Shown in pieces: positions 1 to 9,021 of a DNA stretch of 64,000 nucleotides. The position numbers were made by a program, and so were the translations under genes. Source of the DNA: Anaerolineae bacterium (GTDB lineage: Bacteria > Chloroflexota > Anaerolineae > S140-20); assembly GCA_027021705.1 (NCBI GenBank), contig JALUTT010000145.1:77213-141212 (forward strand). The letters are read 5' to 3'. The first letter of the stretch is position 1. Every line of letters starts with the position of its first letter. A model generated the notes under the pieces. That model was given only the letters and a program-made list of their open reading frames with translations. It did not search any database and was not told the DNA's origin.

Positions 1-1578
1 GGCCTCGATGTCGAAGAAGCGGTCTATGCCGGTTAGGTCGCTCCCCGGCGACGGAGCGTTCTCGGATGCACGGGCTGTGCAGGTCACCACCGCCGTGTCG
101 GTGAAGGTGTTCGGCGGGAAGTCCAGGACGATGCCGGAGGCTGCCAGCAGCCCGCCGGAGGTCGGGATGGTCATCGCCACGGGGCTTCGGACCTGCCTGT
201 CGCGGACAAAGATGTCCCGCTGGTTATTGGTGTCGCCTGAGACCAGGTTGCTGGCGTCGGATCCGAAAGCGACATAGTGGCCGTCGGCCGACACTGAGGG
301 ATTCCAACTGTCACCGTAGGCCTCGGTTCCATCGGAAGCGATAGAGACACAGGCGGTTTGGTTGGTTGACCGGTCCCGGACGAAGACGTGTCGGGCGGCA
401 TAGCTGCAGGTCGAGTCCAGATCGTAGGCGTTCGACACGAAGGCGATAAACCGACCGTTGAAGGAGATGGATGGGGCCTCGCTGAACCCGTCCCCTTCCG
501 AGCCGCTGGAGGAGACGGAGATGCGGGTGGTAGTTCCACCCCTCCAGTCGCGGAGAAAGATGTCCGCGTATCCGTTGGTGTCGGAGGAGACCAGGTTGGT
601 GGCAGAGGAGGCGAAGGCCACGTAGCGCCCATCGGCCGAGATGGAAGCGCTCGTGCTGTTGCCGTTGCCCTCCGTCCCGTCGGAGGCGACGCTGATGCGG
701 ATGGTGCTGATTCCTCCCGGCTCGTCGAAGACCCCATCCTCATCGGCATCCCGGTCGTGGAGGAAGATGTCGGTCTGGGAATTGGTGTCTCCGGTGACCA
801 GGTTGTCGGCGCCGGACTCGAAGACGACGAAACGGCCATCGGCGGAGATGTCGGGGTAGTAGCTGTCGCCGTTCGCCTGGGTGCCGTCGGAGGCGACGCT
901 GACGCGGACGGTGCTCACCTTCCCCGACTCGTCGAAGACGCCATTCCCATCGGTATCCCGGTCGTGGACAAAGATGTCGCAGGCGCTGTTGGTATCCGAA
1001 GCGACCAGGTTTGTGGCGCAGGACCAGAAGGCCACGAAGCGGCCGTCGGCGGAGATGGCGGGGTCGTTGGAGCCTCCGTATTGGCCCTGGGAGCCATCGC
1101 TGGCCACACTGACCCGGACGGTCTTGCCGAGTTCTCTGTCGCGCACGAACACATCCACCCAGTTGTTGGTGTCTCCGCTCACCAGGTTGGTGGCGTAGGA
1201 GGCAAAGGCCACGAAGCGGCCATCGGCGGAGATGGCGGGGGCGTAGCTGTGCCCGTTGGCCTCACTCCCGTCGCTGGCCACGCTGACCCGGCTGAGGGAG
1301 CGCATCGCCCGGTCGTAGACGAAGATGTCGTCCCGGCCGTTGTTGTCACCGAGGACGAGGTTGGTGGCATTGGACGCGAAAGCGACGAAGCGGCTGTTGG
1401 CGGAGATGGCGGGGAAGGAGCTGCCCCCGTTGGCCTCCTCGCTGTAGAGCCCAAGGGAGATGCGCTGGGTCGCACCGCCCGATTGAGCCCCTGCGTCCTT
1501 CGGCGGGCTGCCGAGAGCCCCCACCATCAGGCTCGCGGACAGCAAGCAGACGACAAGTATCGTGGTATGGGGTTTCAT
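1..1578 (-). CDS. Secreted TolB/PD40-like beta-propeller repeat protein (3' end runs off the window)
   Basis: Missing from the ORF track because it has no stop in the window. ATG at 1578 follows SD AAGGAG. Signal peptide MKPHTTILVVCLLSASLMVGA, repeated ISADGRFVAF.S.A.NLV..D.N...D.FV.DR units, two DxDxDG-like loops. Confidence 0.85.
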   Translation of the reverse strand, partial: MKPHTTILVVCLLSASLMVGALGSPPKDAGAQSGGATQRISLGLYSEEANGGSSFPAISANSRFVAFASNATNLVLGDNNGRDDIFVYDRAMRSLSRVSVASDGSEANGHSYAPAISADGRFVAFASYATNLVSGDTNNWVDVFVRDRELGKTVRVSVASDGSQGQYGGSNDPAISADGRFVAFWSCATNLVASDTNSACDIFVHDRDTDGNGVFDESGKVSTVRVSVASDGTQANGDSYYPDISADGRFVVFESGADNLVTGDTNSQTDIFLHDRDADEDGVFDEPGGISTIRISVASDGTEGNGNSTSASISADGRYVAFASSATNLVSSDTNGYADIFLRDWRGGTTTRISVSSSGSEGDGFSEAPSISFNGRFIAFVSNAYDLDSTCSYAARHVFVRDRSTNQTACVSIASDGTEAYGDSWNPSVSADGHYVAFGSDASNLVSGDTNNQRDIFVRDRQVRSPVAMTIPTSGGLLAASGIVLDFPPNTFTDTAVVTCTARASENAPSPGSDLTGIDRFFDIEA

Positions 1579-1750
1579 TGTTGGCTCCTTTGGTAGGCTC
1601 TGCTGGTCAAGCCAGCCAGATCCGCGACGCACTCCGTGACGGTGTGCGTTGGGGTATCGTCGCTTTTCCGGCTGCCTCATCGGGCAGTCCGTAAGGACGA
1701 CAACTCCCGGACGGGGGCCCTGCATCTATGTGGCTTGTTAAGGTGTTCTT

Positions 1751-2467
1751 CTACCCTCCTTCTGGATGTGAATCGGGGGCCGATCCGAGGAGGCCCAGGG
1801 CGGTCAGTGCTTCGATCACCGGCGGAGGGTGCCAGAGCCAGGCGACCTTCAGCCAGAAGCCGGTCAGGATGGCGGAGCGGTAGACGCCTTCGGCGTCGGG
1901 AGGGACGAGGCGATAGCGGCCCCGGTCGTCCAACCGGTAGAACTCGGCCCGCTCGGTGAGGGGGTCAATGAGCCAGTACTCGGGGATGCCGGCCTCTTCG
2001 TACTCGTAAAACTTCTCGCCTCGGTCGCGCCCCACGCTTTCGGGGGAGACGATCTCGACGGCCAAGTCGGCGGGGCCGTCGAGGTAGGTCGTCTTCAGCC
2101 GGTCCAGATGGTCTTTGGCAACGAAGATCAGGTCGGGCTCCCGCCCTGAGCGGGAGAGCTTCATCTGAAAGGGTGCGCTGAGCACCACCCCCAGGTCCCG
2201 GTGTTCCACGAAGAGGCGTGTCAAGACGAGGAGGAAGTCGGCGATCTCCTGATGACGCTTTGAGGCCGGGCTGTAGGTGATGACCTTGCCGTCCACCCAT
2301 TCGGCCAGGGTGTCCTCGTCGGCCCATTCCAGGAAGGCCTCGTAGCTCATCCGCCGCTCCTGGGGTGGCGCGAGGAGCAGCTCGATCAGCTCCCGACGCA
2401 GTTCGTCGGTAAGCACTCCCGGCTCCCGCAGCAGGGCCAGCGCCTTTTCCCCTTGGGTTGCCATCAT
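1751..2467 (-). CDS. Uma2 family (DUF820) PD-(D/E)XK endonuclease
   Basis: EWVDGKV...SPA...HQ, REPDLIFV, GPADLAVEIVSPES...DR.EKF..YE.AGIPEYWLIDP. Confidence 0.92.
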   Translation of the reverse strand: MMATQGEKALALLREPGVLTDELRRELIELLLAPPQERRMSYEAFLEWADEDTLAEWVDGKVITYSPASKRHQEIADFLLVLTRLFVEHRDLGVVLSAPFQMKLSRSGREPDLIFVAKDHLDRLKTTYLDGPADLAVEIVSPESVGRDRGEKFYEYEEAGIPEYWLIDPLTERAEFYRLDDRGRYRLVPPDAEGVYRSAILTGFWLKVAWLWHPPPVIEALTALGLLGSAPDSHPEGG

Positions 2468-2556
2468 CCAGACCTCCTGGGCGACGGACCATTGTCGCCG
2501 GGCGATCTGCAGGTCGGCTCTCCACCAGAAGCGGAAGGCTACACCTCTCAGAGGGA

Positions 2557-2585
2557 ATTATAGAATGAAAAGGCAATCCCGACAA
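2557..2585 (-). promoter_or_regulatory. Sigma70-type promoter for the Uma2 gene
   Basis: TTGTCG-17 bp-TATAAT on the minus strand. Confidence 0.65.
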
Positions 2586-2627
2586 AGGGGTGATTCCCTA
2601 TGAGTCGTCGTTGTGGCAAGCCGTCCA

Positions 2628-3716
2628 CTACCAGAGGAGATGACGGTTGCCGATGTGGACGTGGCGCAGGCCGGCCGCTCGGGCGGCTTCCTCTGCCTCC
2701 TCGGCGTGGCGTCGGGGGGTGCGGGGCAGGTCGGGCATGACGAAGTGGGGAGCGAAGGCGAGCAGGGAGTAGGGGATCTCCGGGTTGATCTCGGCGATGA
2801 AGCGGGCGATGCGGCCTACCTCCTCCGGTGTCACGTAGCCGGGCACCAGGAGCGTGCTCGCCACCACCAGGGGGGGCTCCGGGCGCTCGGAGAAGCGGGC
2901 AGCAGCCCGGGCGAAGTTCTCCAGCGTCTGACGATTGCTCCCTCCGGTGAGGGCGGTGTGGAGCCCCTCGTCGTAGGCTTTCAGGTCGAACTTGACGATG
3001 CCCCCGGTCTCCAAGGAGAGCTGGACGGCCCGGTCCATCAGGCGGGGATGGGCGGTGCCGGCCGTCTCCCAGCAGACGACGACCCCCTTCTCCGCCAGCA
3101 GCTTGGCGGAGGCCAGGGCGTGGGGCATCTGACTGGCAGGGTCGCCGCCGAAGTAGCAGACGCAGTAGGTGCGGGGATTGGCAACCTCGGCCAACTGGCG
3201 GGCGCTCATCATCTCGGAACGGACGGGATCGGCCTCCCGGTAGTGCCAGTTCTGGCAGAAGAGGCAGTCGAGGACGCAACTGGCGTAGAAGACGGCCAGG
3301 TTGTGGTAGCCCCGCATCCGATGGCCGGAGCAGACCCAATCGGCGACGCAGTTGGTGGGGAGCGGATCGCGATACCAGTGCAGGAGGCCACGCCGGGGGG
3401 TGCCGGCCAGGTGAACCAGCCGGCCCCCCCGGACGGTTCGCAGGCCGCAGAACCCCCGCTCCCCTTCGCCGATCCGACAGTCCTGAACACAAAGGCCGCA
3501 CCGCACCCCATTCTCGGTTCGAGGAGGCGCTTGGGGCAGATCGAAGAGGCGGCGGGCAGCGGCGTGGGCAGCCCTGGCCCGGGTCAGGGCCTCTTGGGGG
3601 TGCTCCAGGATGCAGGCCCGGCAGAGGCCCAGGTAGGCGGCGATGGAGGGGGAGGTGCGTCCGCAGAGGTGGCAGCGCTGCTCATCTTCGATCGGCTCTG
3701 GAGGGATGCGCCACAT
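2628..3716 (-). CDS. Radical SAM protein, PFL-activating-enzyme/AmmeMemoRadiSam-like, with Cys-rich N-terminus
   Basis: CxxxCxxC (CVLDCLFCQN), YFGGDP, KFDLKA; N-terminal CHLC/CRAC and CGLCVQDC..GFCG. Start placed at ATG 3716 after GGGGAG. Confidence 0.85.
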   Translation of the reverse strand: MWRIPPEPIEDEQRCHLCGRTSPSIAAYLGLCRACILEHPQEALTRARAAHAAARRLFDLPQAPPRTENGVRCGLCVQDCRIGEGERGFCGLRTVRGGRLVHLAGTPRRGLLHWYRDPLPTNCVADWVCSGHRMRGYHNLAVFYASCVLDCLFCQNWHYREADPVRSEMMSARQLAEVANPRTYCVCYFGGDPASQMPHALASAKLLAEKGVVVCWETAGTAHPRLMDRAVQLSLETGGIVKFDLKAYDEGLHTALTGGSNRQTLENFARAAARFSERPEPPLVVASTLLVPGYVTPEEVGRIARFIAEINPEIPYSLLAFAPHFVMPDLPRTPRRHAEEAEEAARAAGLRHVHIGNRHLLW

Positions 3717-3736
3717 CGCTCTCCCCTGGATCACCT

Positions 3737-3979
3737 TCAGGGCAGGGTGCCCATCTCTTCGCCGACGATGGCCCTGCCCTTCTCGGTGATCCCGTAGACG
3801 GGCGTGGCCAGGCTTTTGCGCACCAGCCCGGCCGCTGCCATCCGCTCCAGGGCAGCGGCGACGGTTCGGCCATCGGCACCGATATGGCGTCCGATCTCGT
3901 AGGGGCTGTGGTAGCCCCGATGCTGGTGCATGTAGTCCAGGATCAGCAGGTCCAGGTCGGAAAGCTCCAGCTCAGCCAT
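3737..3979 (-). CDS. Small winged-helix DNA-binding protein
   Basis: 80 aa, SD AAAGGAGG, wHTH pattern EIGRHIG...TVAAALERM...GLV...YGITEKG. Confidence 0.7.
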   Translation of the reverse strand: MAELELSDLDLLILDYMHQHRGYHSPYEIGRHIGADGRTVAAALERMAAAGLVRKSLATPVYGITEKGRAIVGEEMGTLP

Positions 3980-4139
3980 TGTCGTGCCTCCTTTCCGGGG
4001 CGGTGGTGCCGCCCTTCACAGTCTGGAGGTAGGATGGAGGCCGGGTTGAGGCGGTTTCCCAGGATCTGATCTCAACGCCGCCCCTGTGCCCTGCTGCTCA
4101 GTCCGACCTGGAGGCCGTTGGCTGGAGAGGCCGTCCGGC

Positions 4140-5243
4140 CTACTCCAGCGCCTCCCATCGGCCGGCCAGCCGTTCCATCACCTGGGGCATGGTCGTGTAC
4201 TCCATCTCCTCCATCGGGAGGCGGTGAGGCTCGAAGGGGCCGTGGCGGCGCAGGTGGTCAGCAATGAGGTTGCAGAGGCGACGCGCCTCGTCGAAGCTGG
4301 GATCGTCGAACATATCCCGGGGGCCAACGAGCCGCCCATCGGCGATCTGAAAGCCCAGGCCGACGACCCGAGGGGGGCCGTCGAAGCGGCTGGGGTTGGC
4401 CTCCCGGACGGAGACGGGCATCAGCGGACCATGGTGGGAGCCCCGCATCCATCCCTCGACGATGTGAGGCGTCGCGAAGGGCTCTAGAACCTCGCCCACC
4501 GCCGGGAACTGGGACTGGGTACGGACGATGCAGACGGGATCGTCCTTGCCCACGTAGCGGCCGGCGATGAGGGAGAGCCGCTCTGTGGAAGAGACGGCTG
4601 CGATCTCGTTGTCCTTCTTGGTGTAGACCGCCTTGATGGCGTAACGGCTCGGTGCTCCGATGAAGACCAACAGGTCGTAGGACTCCTCGGGGGTGTCGAA
4701 GAAGATGCGGCGGTGTTCCTTCACGTCGTGGACTTCAAAGCGGAAGCCATCGTGCAGGGCGGGCGAGATGACCAGGCCGGCGGTGTTGAAGGGATCGGCG
4801 AAGATCTTGTACAGGGGGAGGTTCCAGGCACCGGCCGAGGTCTTGTCGGCCATAAAGATCAGCACAGGCTCCGCTTTGCGCTCCACAAAGCTCATCTCGG
4901 CCACCCCCGGTCCCATCCCTCGGATGTTGCCGGAGAAGGCGTCGCTCAACAGGTCTTGTCCGGCTCCGTAGAGCTTCAGGTCCCTGGCCACCTGAGTGCA
5001 GCGTTCAAAGACCTCCCAGGCCAGGCCGTGGATCGTGGCGTTGTCGGTCCCCTGGGTGTGGGTCATGATGAGCTGCAGGTCGTCACCGCAGTGGGTCACG
5101 TAGAAGTCTACAATGGTGCCCTTCCGCTGCGCTTGCTCCAGTTGCTCCCGAGATGCTTCCTCCAGATTGGGGTGGATGCTGGAATGGCCAACGTAGCCGC
5201 CGATGTCGGCTTTGATGACGCTGAGGGTGATTTCCTGAGCCAT
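4140..5243 (-). CDS. fbp: Bifunctional fructose-1,6-bisphosphate aldolase/phosphatase (class V FBPase)
   Basis: SVIKADIGG, HCGDD, LYGAGQDLL, ADKT, YVGKDDP, GWMRGSH, GPFEPHRL. Confidence 0.96.
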   Translation of the reverse strand: MAQEITLSVIKADIGGYVGHSSIHPNLEEASREQLEQAQRKGTIVDFYVTHCGDDLQLIMTHTQGTDNATIHGLAWEVFERCTQVARDLKLYGAGQDLLSDAFSGNIRGMGPGVAEMSFVERKAEPVLIFMADKTSAGAWNLPLYKIFADPFNTAGLVISPALHDGFRFEVHDVKEHRRIFFDTPEESYDLLVFIGAPSRYAIKAVYTKKDNEIAAVSSTERLSLIAGRYVGKDDPVCIVRTQSQFPAVGEVLEPFATPHIVEGWMRGSHHGPLMPVSVREANPSRFDGPPRVVGLGFQIADGRLVGPRDMFDDPSFDEARRLCNLIADHLRRHGPFEPHRLPMEEMEYTTMPQVMERLAGRWEALE

Positions 5244-5339
5244 AGCAACCTCCTTGCTCTGTTGGGTGGGATGTTGATCGGATCACTCACAGGCCTGGGC
5301 CTGCCTGTTGCTGTGGCGGGAGGGTCGTGTCGTGGGCGG

Positions 5340-6278
5340 TCAGCGGAAGAGAGCACTCACGGAGCGCTCTTCGTGGATGCGGCGGATCGCTTCAGCGAAG
5401 AGAGGAGCGACGCTGAGAACGGTCAGACCGGGCCAGTGCTGATCAGGACGGAGAGGGATGGTGTCGGTCACAACGATCTGTCGAAGGGGCGACTGACGCA
5501 GCCGCTCTGCGGCATCGCCGGCGAAGACGGGGTGGGTGGCGCAGGCGTAGACGGCCCTGGCTCCTCGCGCCAGCAGGATCTCGGTGGTCTGGAGCAGGGT
5601 GCCACCGCTGGAGATCATATCGTCTATGATGATGGCCGTCTTCCCCTCCACGTCCCCGACGATGCCCAGGATGTGCGGTTCGTCAAAGGCGGGCCGGTGT
5701 TTGGTGATGAAGACGACGGGGGTCTCCAGGCGGTGGGCGAAGTCCAAGGCACGGCGCACCCCGCCCGCATCGGGTGCGACAGTGATTGCATCGTCCAAGC
5801 TCAAGTCTCGGAAGTAAGCAGCCATCAGCGGGGTGGCCGGCAGGTTGTCCACGGGGATGTGGAAGAAGCCGGCGATGGCCGGGGCGTGCAGGTCCAGCGT
5901 CAACAGCCGCTCGGCCCCGGCCGTCATCAACAGGTCGGCCACCAGCTTGGCGGTGATCGGCTCTCGCCCGATGGTCATCTTCTCCTGGCGGGCGTAGCCG
6001 TAGTAGGGAACTACTGCCGTGATCCGCCCGGCCGACGAACGGCGCAGGGCGTCTATGAGGATCAGTAGCTCCATCAGGTGCTCGTTCACCGGCGGGCAGG
6101 TGGGCTGGATGACGAAGGCATCCCGCCCCCGCACATTCTCGCGGATCTGCACCCGCGTCTCCCCATCGGGAAAGCGGTCTACCCGTGCTTTGCCCAGGGG
6201 GACGCCCAGCTCTTCGGCAATGGCTGCGGCAAGAGCGGGGTTGGCATTGCCGGTGAAGAGGACCAGTTCATGGCTCAT
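5340..6278 (-). CDS. prs: Ribose-phosphate pyrophosphokinase
   Basis: FPDGE, VVPYYGYARQ, DLHA, APDAGG, IIDDMISSGGT, ATHPVF; true start MSHELVLF at 6278. Confidence 0.95.
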   Translation of the reverse strand: MSHELVLFTGNANPALAAAIAEELGVPLGKARVDRFPDGETRVQIRENVRGRDAFVIQPTCPPVNEHLMELLILIDALRRSSAGRITAVVPYYGYARQEKMTIGREPITAKLVADLLMTAGAERLLTLDLHAPAIAGFFHIPVDNLPATPLMAAYFRDLSLDDAITVAPDAGGVRRALDFAHRLETPVVFITKHRPAFDEPHILGIVGDVEGKTAIIIDDMISSGGTLLQTTEILLARGARAVYACATHPVFAGDAAERLRQSPLRQIVVTDTIPLRPDQHWPGLTVLSVAPLFAEAIRRIHEERSVSALFR

Positions 6279-8742
6279 CCCCCTCCTCGTCTTCGCCTTC
6301 GGCTTCGGAGGCGCTGCTCGATGCCCTCTCTTCCTCTTCTCCTTCTCGTCGGGTTGCCCGCCGCAGTTCCTCGGCCAGCTCAGCCAGCCGTTGGGAGACG
6401 GCCCAGTTGACCGTTCCCTCGGGGTAGGTGCCGTCCTCCTGCAACTCGCCGGCCGGAACGCCCGTGAGGATCTCGATCCCTTCGTCCACCGTCCGCACCG
6501 GCCAGATGTGGAACTCACCCTCCCGGACCGCTTCGATCACGTCCTCCCGCAGCATCAGGTTGCGGACATTGCCGACCGGGATGATCACGCCCTGATCACC
6601 TGTCAGCCCTTTGGCCTTGCAGATGTCGAAGAACCCCTCGATCTTCTCGTTGATCCCCCCGACGGGCTGGAGCTCGCCGTGCTGGTTCACCGAGCCGGTG
6701 ACGGCGATCCCCTGTTTGATAGGGTAGCCAGAAAGGCTGGAGAGGATGGCATAGAGCTCGGTCGAGGAGGCGCTGTCCCCTTCCACACCCTCGTAGGACT
6801 GCTCGAAGACCAAGCTGGCCGAGAGGGTCAGGGGGGCGTTCTGGGCGTACTTACGGCCCAAGTAGCTGCTCAGGATGAGCACGCCCTTGCTGTGGATGGG
6901 ACCGCTGAGCTCCACTTCGCGCTCGATGTTGACGACGCCGGCCTTGCCCACGAAGGTGTTGGCCGTCACCCGAGAGGGCCGACCGAAGGTATAGTCCCCC
7001 AGCAGGATTACCGAGAGGCCGTTGATCTGACCCACCCGCTCGCCGGTGGTGTCAATCATCACCGTCCCTTGGGTGATGAGCTCTTTGATCCGCTCCTCCA
7101 GCAGGTTGCTGCGGAAGGTCTTTTCCTCGATAGCGCGGCGGACGTCGTCGGCGGTGACCACCGAGTGGCCGTTGCGGCTGGCCCAGAAGCTGGCTTCTCG
7201 GACCAGGTCGGCGATCTCCCCAAAGCGGGTGGAGAGCTTGTACTGGTCCTCCACCAGCCGGGAACTGTGCTCGATCACCTGGGCCACCGCCCCCCGGTCG
7301 AAGGGGAGCAGTCCGTCCTCCTGACAGATGGTGCGCACGAAGAGGGCGTACTGATACTCCGTCTCCGGCGTGCGGTCCATCTGGGTGGCGAAGTCGGCCT
7401 TCACCTTGAAGAGCTTTTGGAAGTCTTCCTCGTAGTAGTAGAGCAGATAGTAGAGCAGGGGGCTGCCGATGAGGACGACCTTCACGTCCAGCGGGATGGG
7501 CTCCGGCTCCAGCGTGACGGTGCTGACCAAGCTGAGCTGGGTGCCCAGCTCCTCGATGCGGATGCAGCGGTCCTTCAGCGAGCGCTTCAGGCCGTCCCAG
7601 GCGAAGGGGTTGAGGAGCACATCTCGCACGGGGAGGATCAGGTAGCCCCCGTTGGCCCGGTGCAGCGCCCCCGGCTTGATCATCGTGAAGTCGGTGGAGA
7701 AGACGCCCATCACCGCTTGGTGCTCGATCCGCCCGATGAGGTTGTGGTAGGTGGGGTTCGTCTCCACGACCACCGGTGCTCCCTTCTCCTCGCTGCGGTC
7801 CACCAGCACGTTCACCTCGTAGCGGGTGAAGGGGGAACGCTCAACGGGGAGGGGGATGCCGGCGATCTGGGCCTTAGGCTTCTCCTCGCCGGCCTTGAAG
7901 AGGTCCACGTTCTCCACGATGTCATCCCGCACACTGTCCAGGTAGGCCAGCACCTCATCCAGCCCTTCGTACTTTTCCTTCAGGTCCTCGATGAGGTGGC
8001 CGACGGCGAAGAGGGTGGTCTCCCGGTCCAGTTGGCGGAGCTTCTCCCGCATCTCCTTCTCCAGCTCACGGATGCGGCGCAGGCCCTGCTCGACTTTCTG
8101 CTCCAGCTTCTCGCGCAGTTTCTGGACCTTGGCCCGGCGCTCTTCGGAGAGTTGCTGCAGTTGGGCCTCGGTGAGGGGTTTGCCTTCCACCGCCGGGGTG
8201 AGGACTAGGCCACCGGGTACTTTGATGAGGGCGAAGCCCCACTCCTGGGCCTCCTTCTGCAGGGCCTCGAAGGCGGCGGCCTGCTGATCTTGGGTCTCCT
8301 TGATGATCTTCTCGCGGGCCTCCTGGTATTCCTCGCTCTCGAAGGCGCGGGGAATGTCCTGACGGCAGCGGTCCACCAGCTCGGCCATATCGTTGCGCAA
8401 GACGATGCCTTGGCCAGGGGGCAGGCGGAGCGCCTTGGGATGGTGGGGGTCGGCGAAGTTGTTCACGTAGCACCAGTCGGAGGGCACATCTTCCTCGCTG
8501 GCGATGCGCTCTAGGTGCTTGCGGACCAGGGTGGTTCTGCCGGAGCCGGGGAGCCCCAGGGCGAAGACGTTGAAGCCATAGCTAGCGATCCCTGCCCCGA
8601 AGTCCACCGCCCGCATCGCCCGCTCCTGGCCGATGAAATCCTGCAAGGTGGGCAGGTCGTCGGTCGTCTCAAAATCGAAGGTAGAGGGATCACAGATGCG
8701 ACGGAGTTGCTCAGGCCTGAGTTCGATGGTCTGGTTGGGCAT
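6268..8742 (-). CDS. Lon-like AAA+ protease (LonB/LonC type)
   Basis: IGQERA, GALHRANGGYL, GQINGL, SKG, EGDSAS (catalytic Ser), GGINEKIEG (catalytic Lys); coiled-coil insertion. Confidence 0.92.
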   Translation of the reverse strand: MPNQTIELRPEQLRRICDPSTFDFETTDDLPTLQDFIGQERAMRAVDFGAGIASYGFNVFALGLPGSGRTTLVRKHLERIASEEDVPSDWCYVNNFADPHHPKALRLPPGQGIVLRNDMAELVDRCRQDIPRAFESEEYQEAREKIIKETQDQQAAAFEALQKEAQEWGFALIKVPGGLVLTPAVEGKPLTEAQLQQLSEERRAKVQKLREKLEQKVEQGLRRIRELEKEMREKLRQLDRETTLFAVGHLIEDLKEKYEGLDEVLAYLDSVRDDIVENVDLFKAGEEKPKAQIAGIPLPVERSPFTRYEVNVLVDRSEEKGAPVVVETNPTYHNLIGRIEHQAVMGVFSTDFTMIKPGALHRANGGYLILPVRDVLLNPFAWDGLKRSLKDRCIRIEELGTQLSLVSTVTLEPEPIPLDVKVVLIGSPLLYYLLYYYEEDFQKLFKVKADFATQMDRTPETEYQYALFVRTICQEDGLLPFDRGAVAQVIEHSSRLVEDQYKLSTRFGEIADLVREASFWASRNGHSVVTADDVRRAIEEKTFRSNLLEERIKELITQGTVMIDTTGERVGQINGLSVILLGDYTFGRPSRVTANTFVGKAGVVNIEREVELSGPIHSKGVLILSSYLGRKYAQNAPLTLSASLVFEQSYEGVEGDSASSTELYAILSSLSGYPIKQGIAVTGSVNQHGELQPVGGINEKIEGFFDICKAKGLTGDQGVIIPVGNVRNLMLREDVIEAVREGEFHIWPVRTVDEGIEILTGVPAGELQEDGTYPEGTVNWAVSQRLAELAEELRRATRREGEEEERASSSASEAEGEDEEGDEP

Positions 8743-8789
8743 CGCGCCTCCTTCCCCCATCACGTTCCTTGCATCACCTTTCACTATTC

Positions 8790-8818
8790 ATCTTAGCACA
8801 TCTGGCGAGGAAAGTCAA
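8790..8818 (-). promoter_or_regulatory. Sigma70-type promoter for the lon-prs-fbp run
   Basis: TTGACT-17 bp-TAAGAT with extended -10 TG. Confidence 0.6.
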
Positions 8819-8825
8819 CGACCCG

Positions 8826-8854
8826 TTGCCCTTCGTGCTCATTTGTGTTACACT
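8826..8854 (+). promoter_or_regulatory. Divergent promoter for the dynamin-like gene
   Basis: TTGCCC-17 bp-TACACT with TG extension. Confidence 0.45.
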
Positions 8855-8874
8855 AGAGGGGCGTTTCCTCAAGG

Positions 8875-8996
8875 GTGGCTATTCAGCCTACCCTCCCGCA
8901 GGTCACCGGTCGAGGGCGCTTTCGGCCCCGATGGGCTATTGGAAGCACGGTTTCGCGTCGGAAACACGCCTAACCTGCGGGAGGGTGGACAGTTAC
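8875..8996 (+). repeat. 122-bp palindromic dispersed element, family A, copy 1
   Basis: ACCCTCCCGCAGGT...ACCTGCGGGAGGGT inner inverted repeat, ends GGACAGTTAC; near-identical to copies at 20280, 22673, 24200 and 43243. Confidence 0.95.
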
Positions 8997-9021
8997 CTTC
9001 AAGGGCTCGGAAGCGGAGGGG

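Noticed and set aside
1658..1702. Hammerhead ribozyme (GATGA and GAAA words)
   Set aside because: There is no intact CUGAUGA core, and GATGA sits in a hairpin loop rather than a three-way junction.
388..8208. Long plus-strand ORFs (388-1596, 2613-3797, 4713-6068, 6019-8208) and similar antisense ORFs elsewhere
   Set aside because: Antisense shadows of well-supported genes, with no motifs of their own.
8875..8996. Family A as a riboswitch
   Set aside because: It occurs in both orientations relative to transcription, ahead of unrelated genes, and has no aptamer consensus I recognise.
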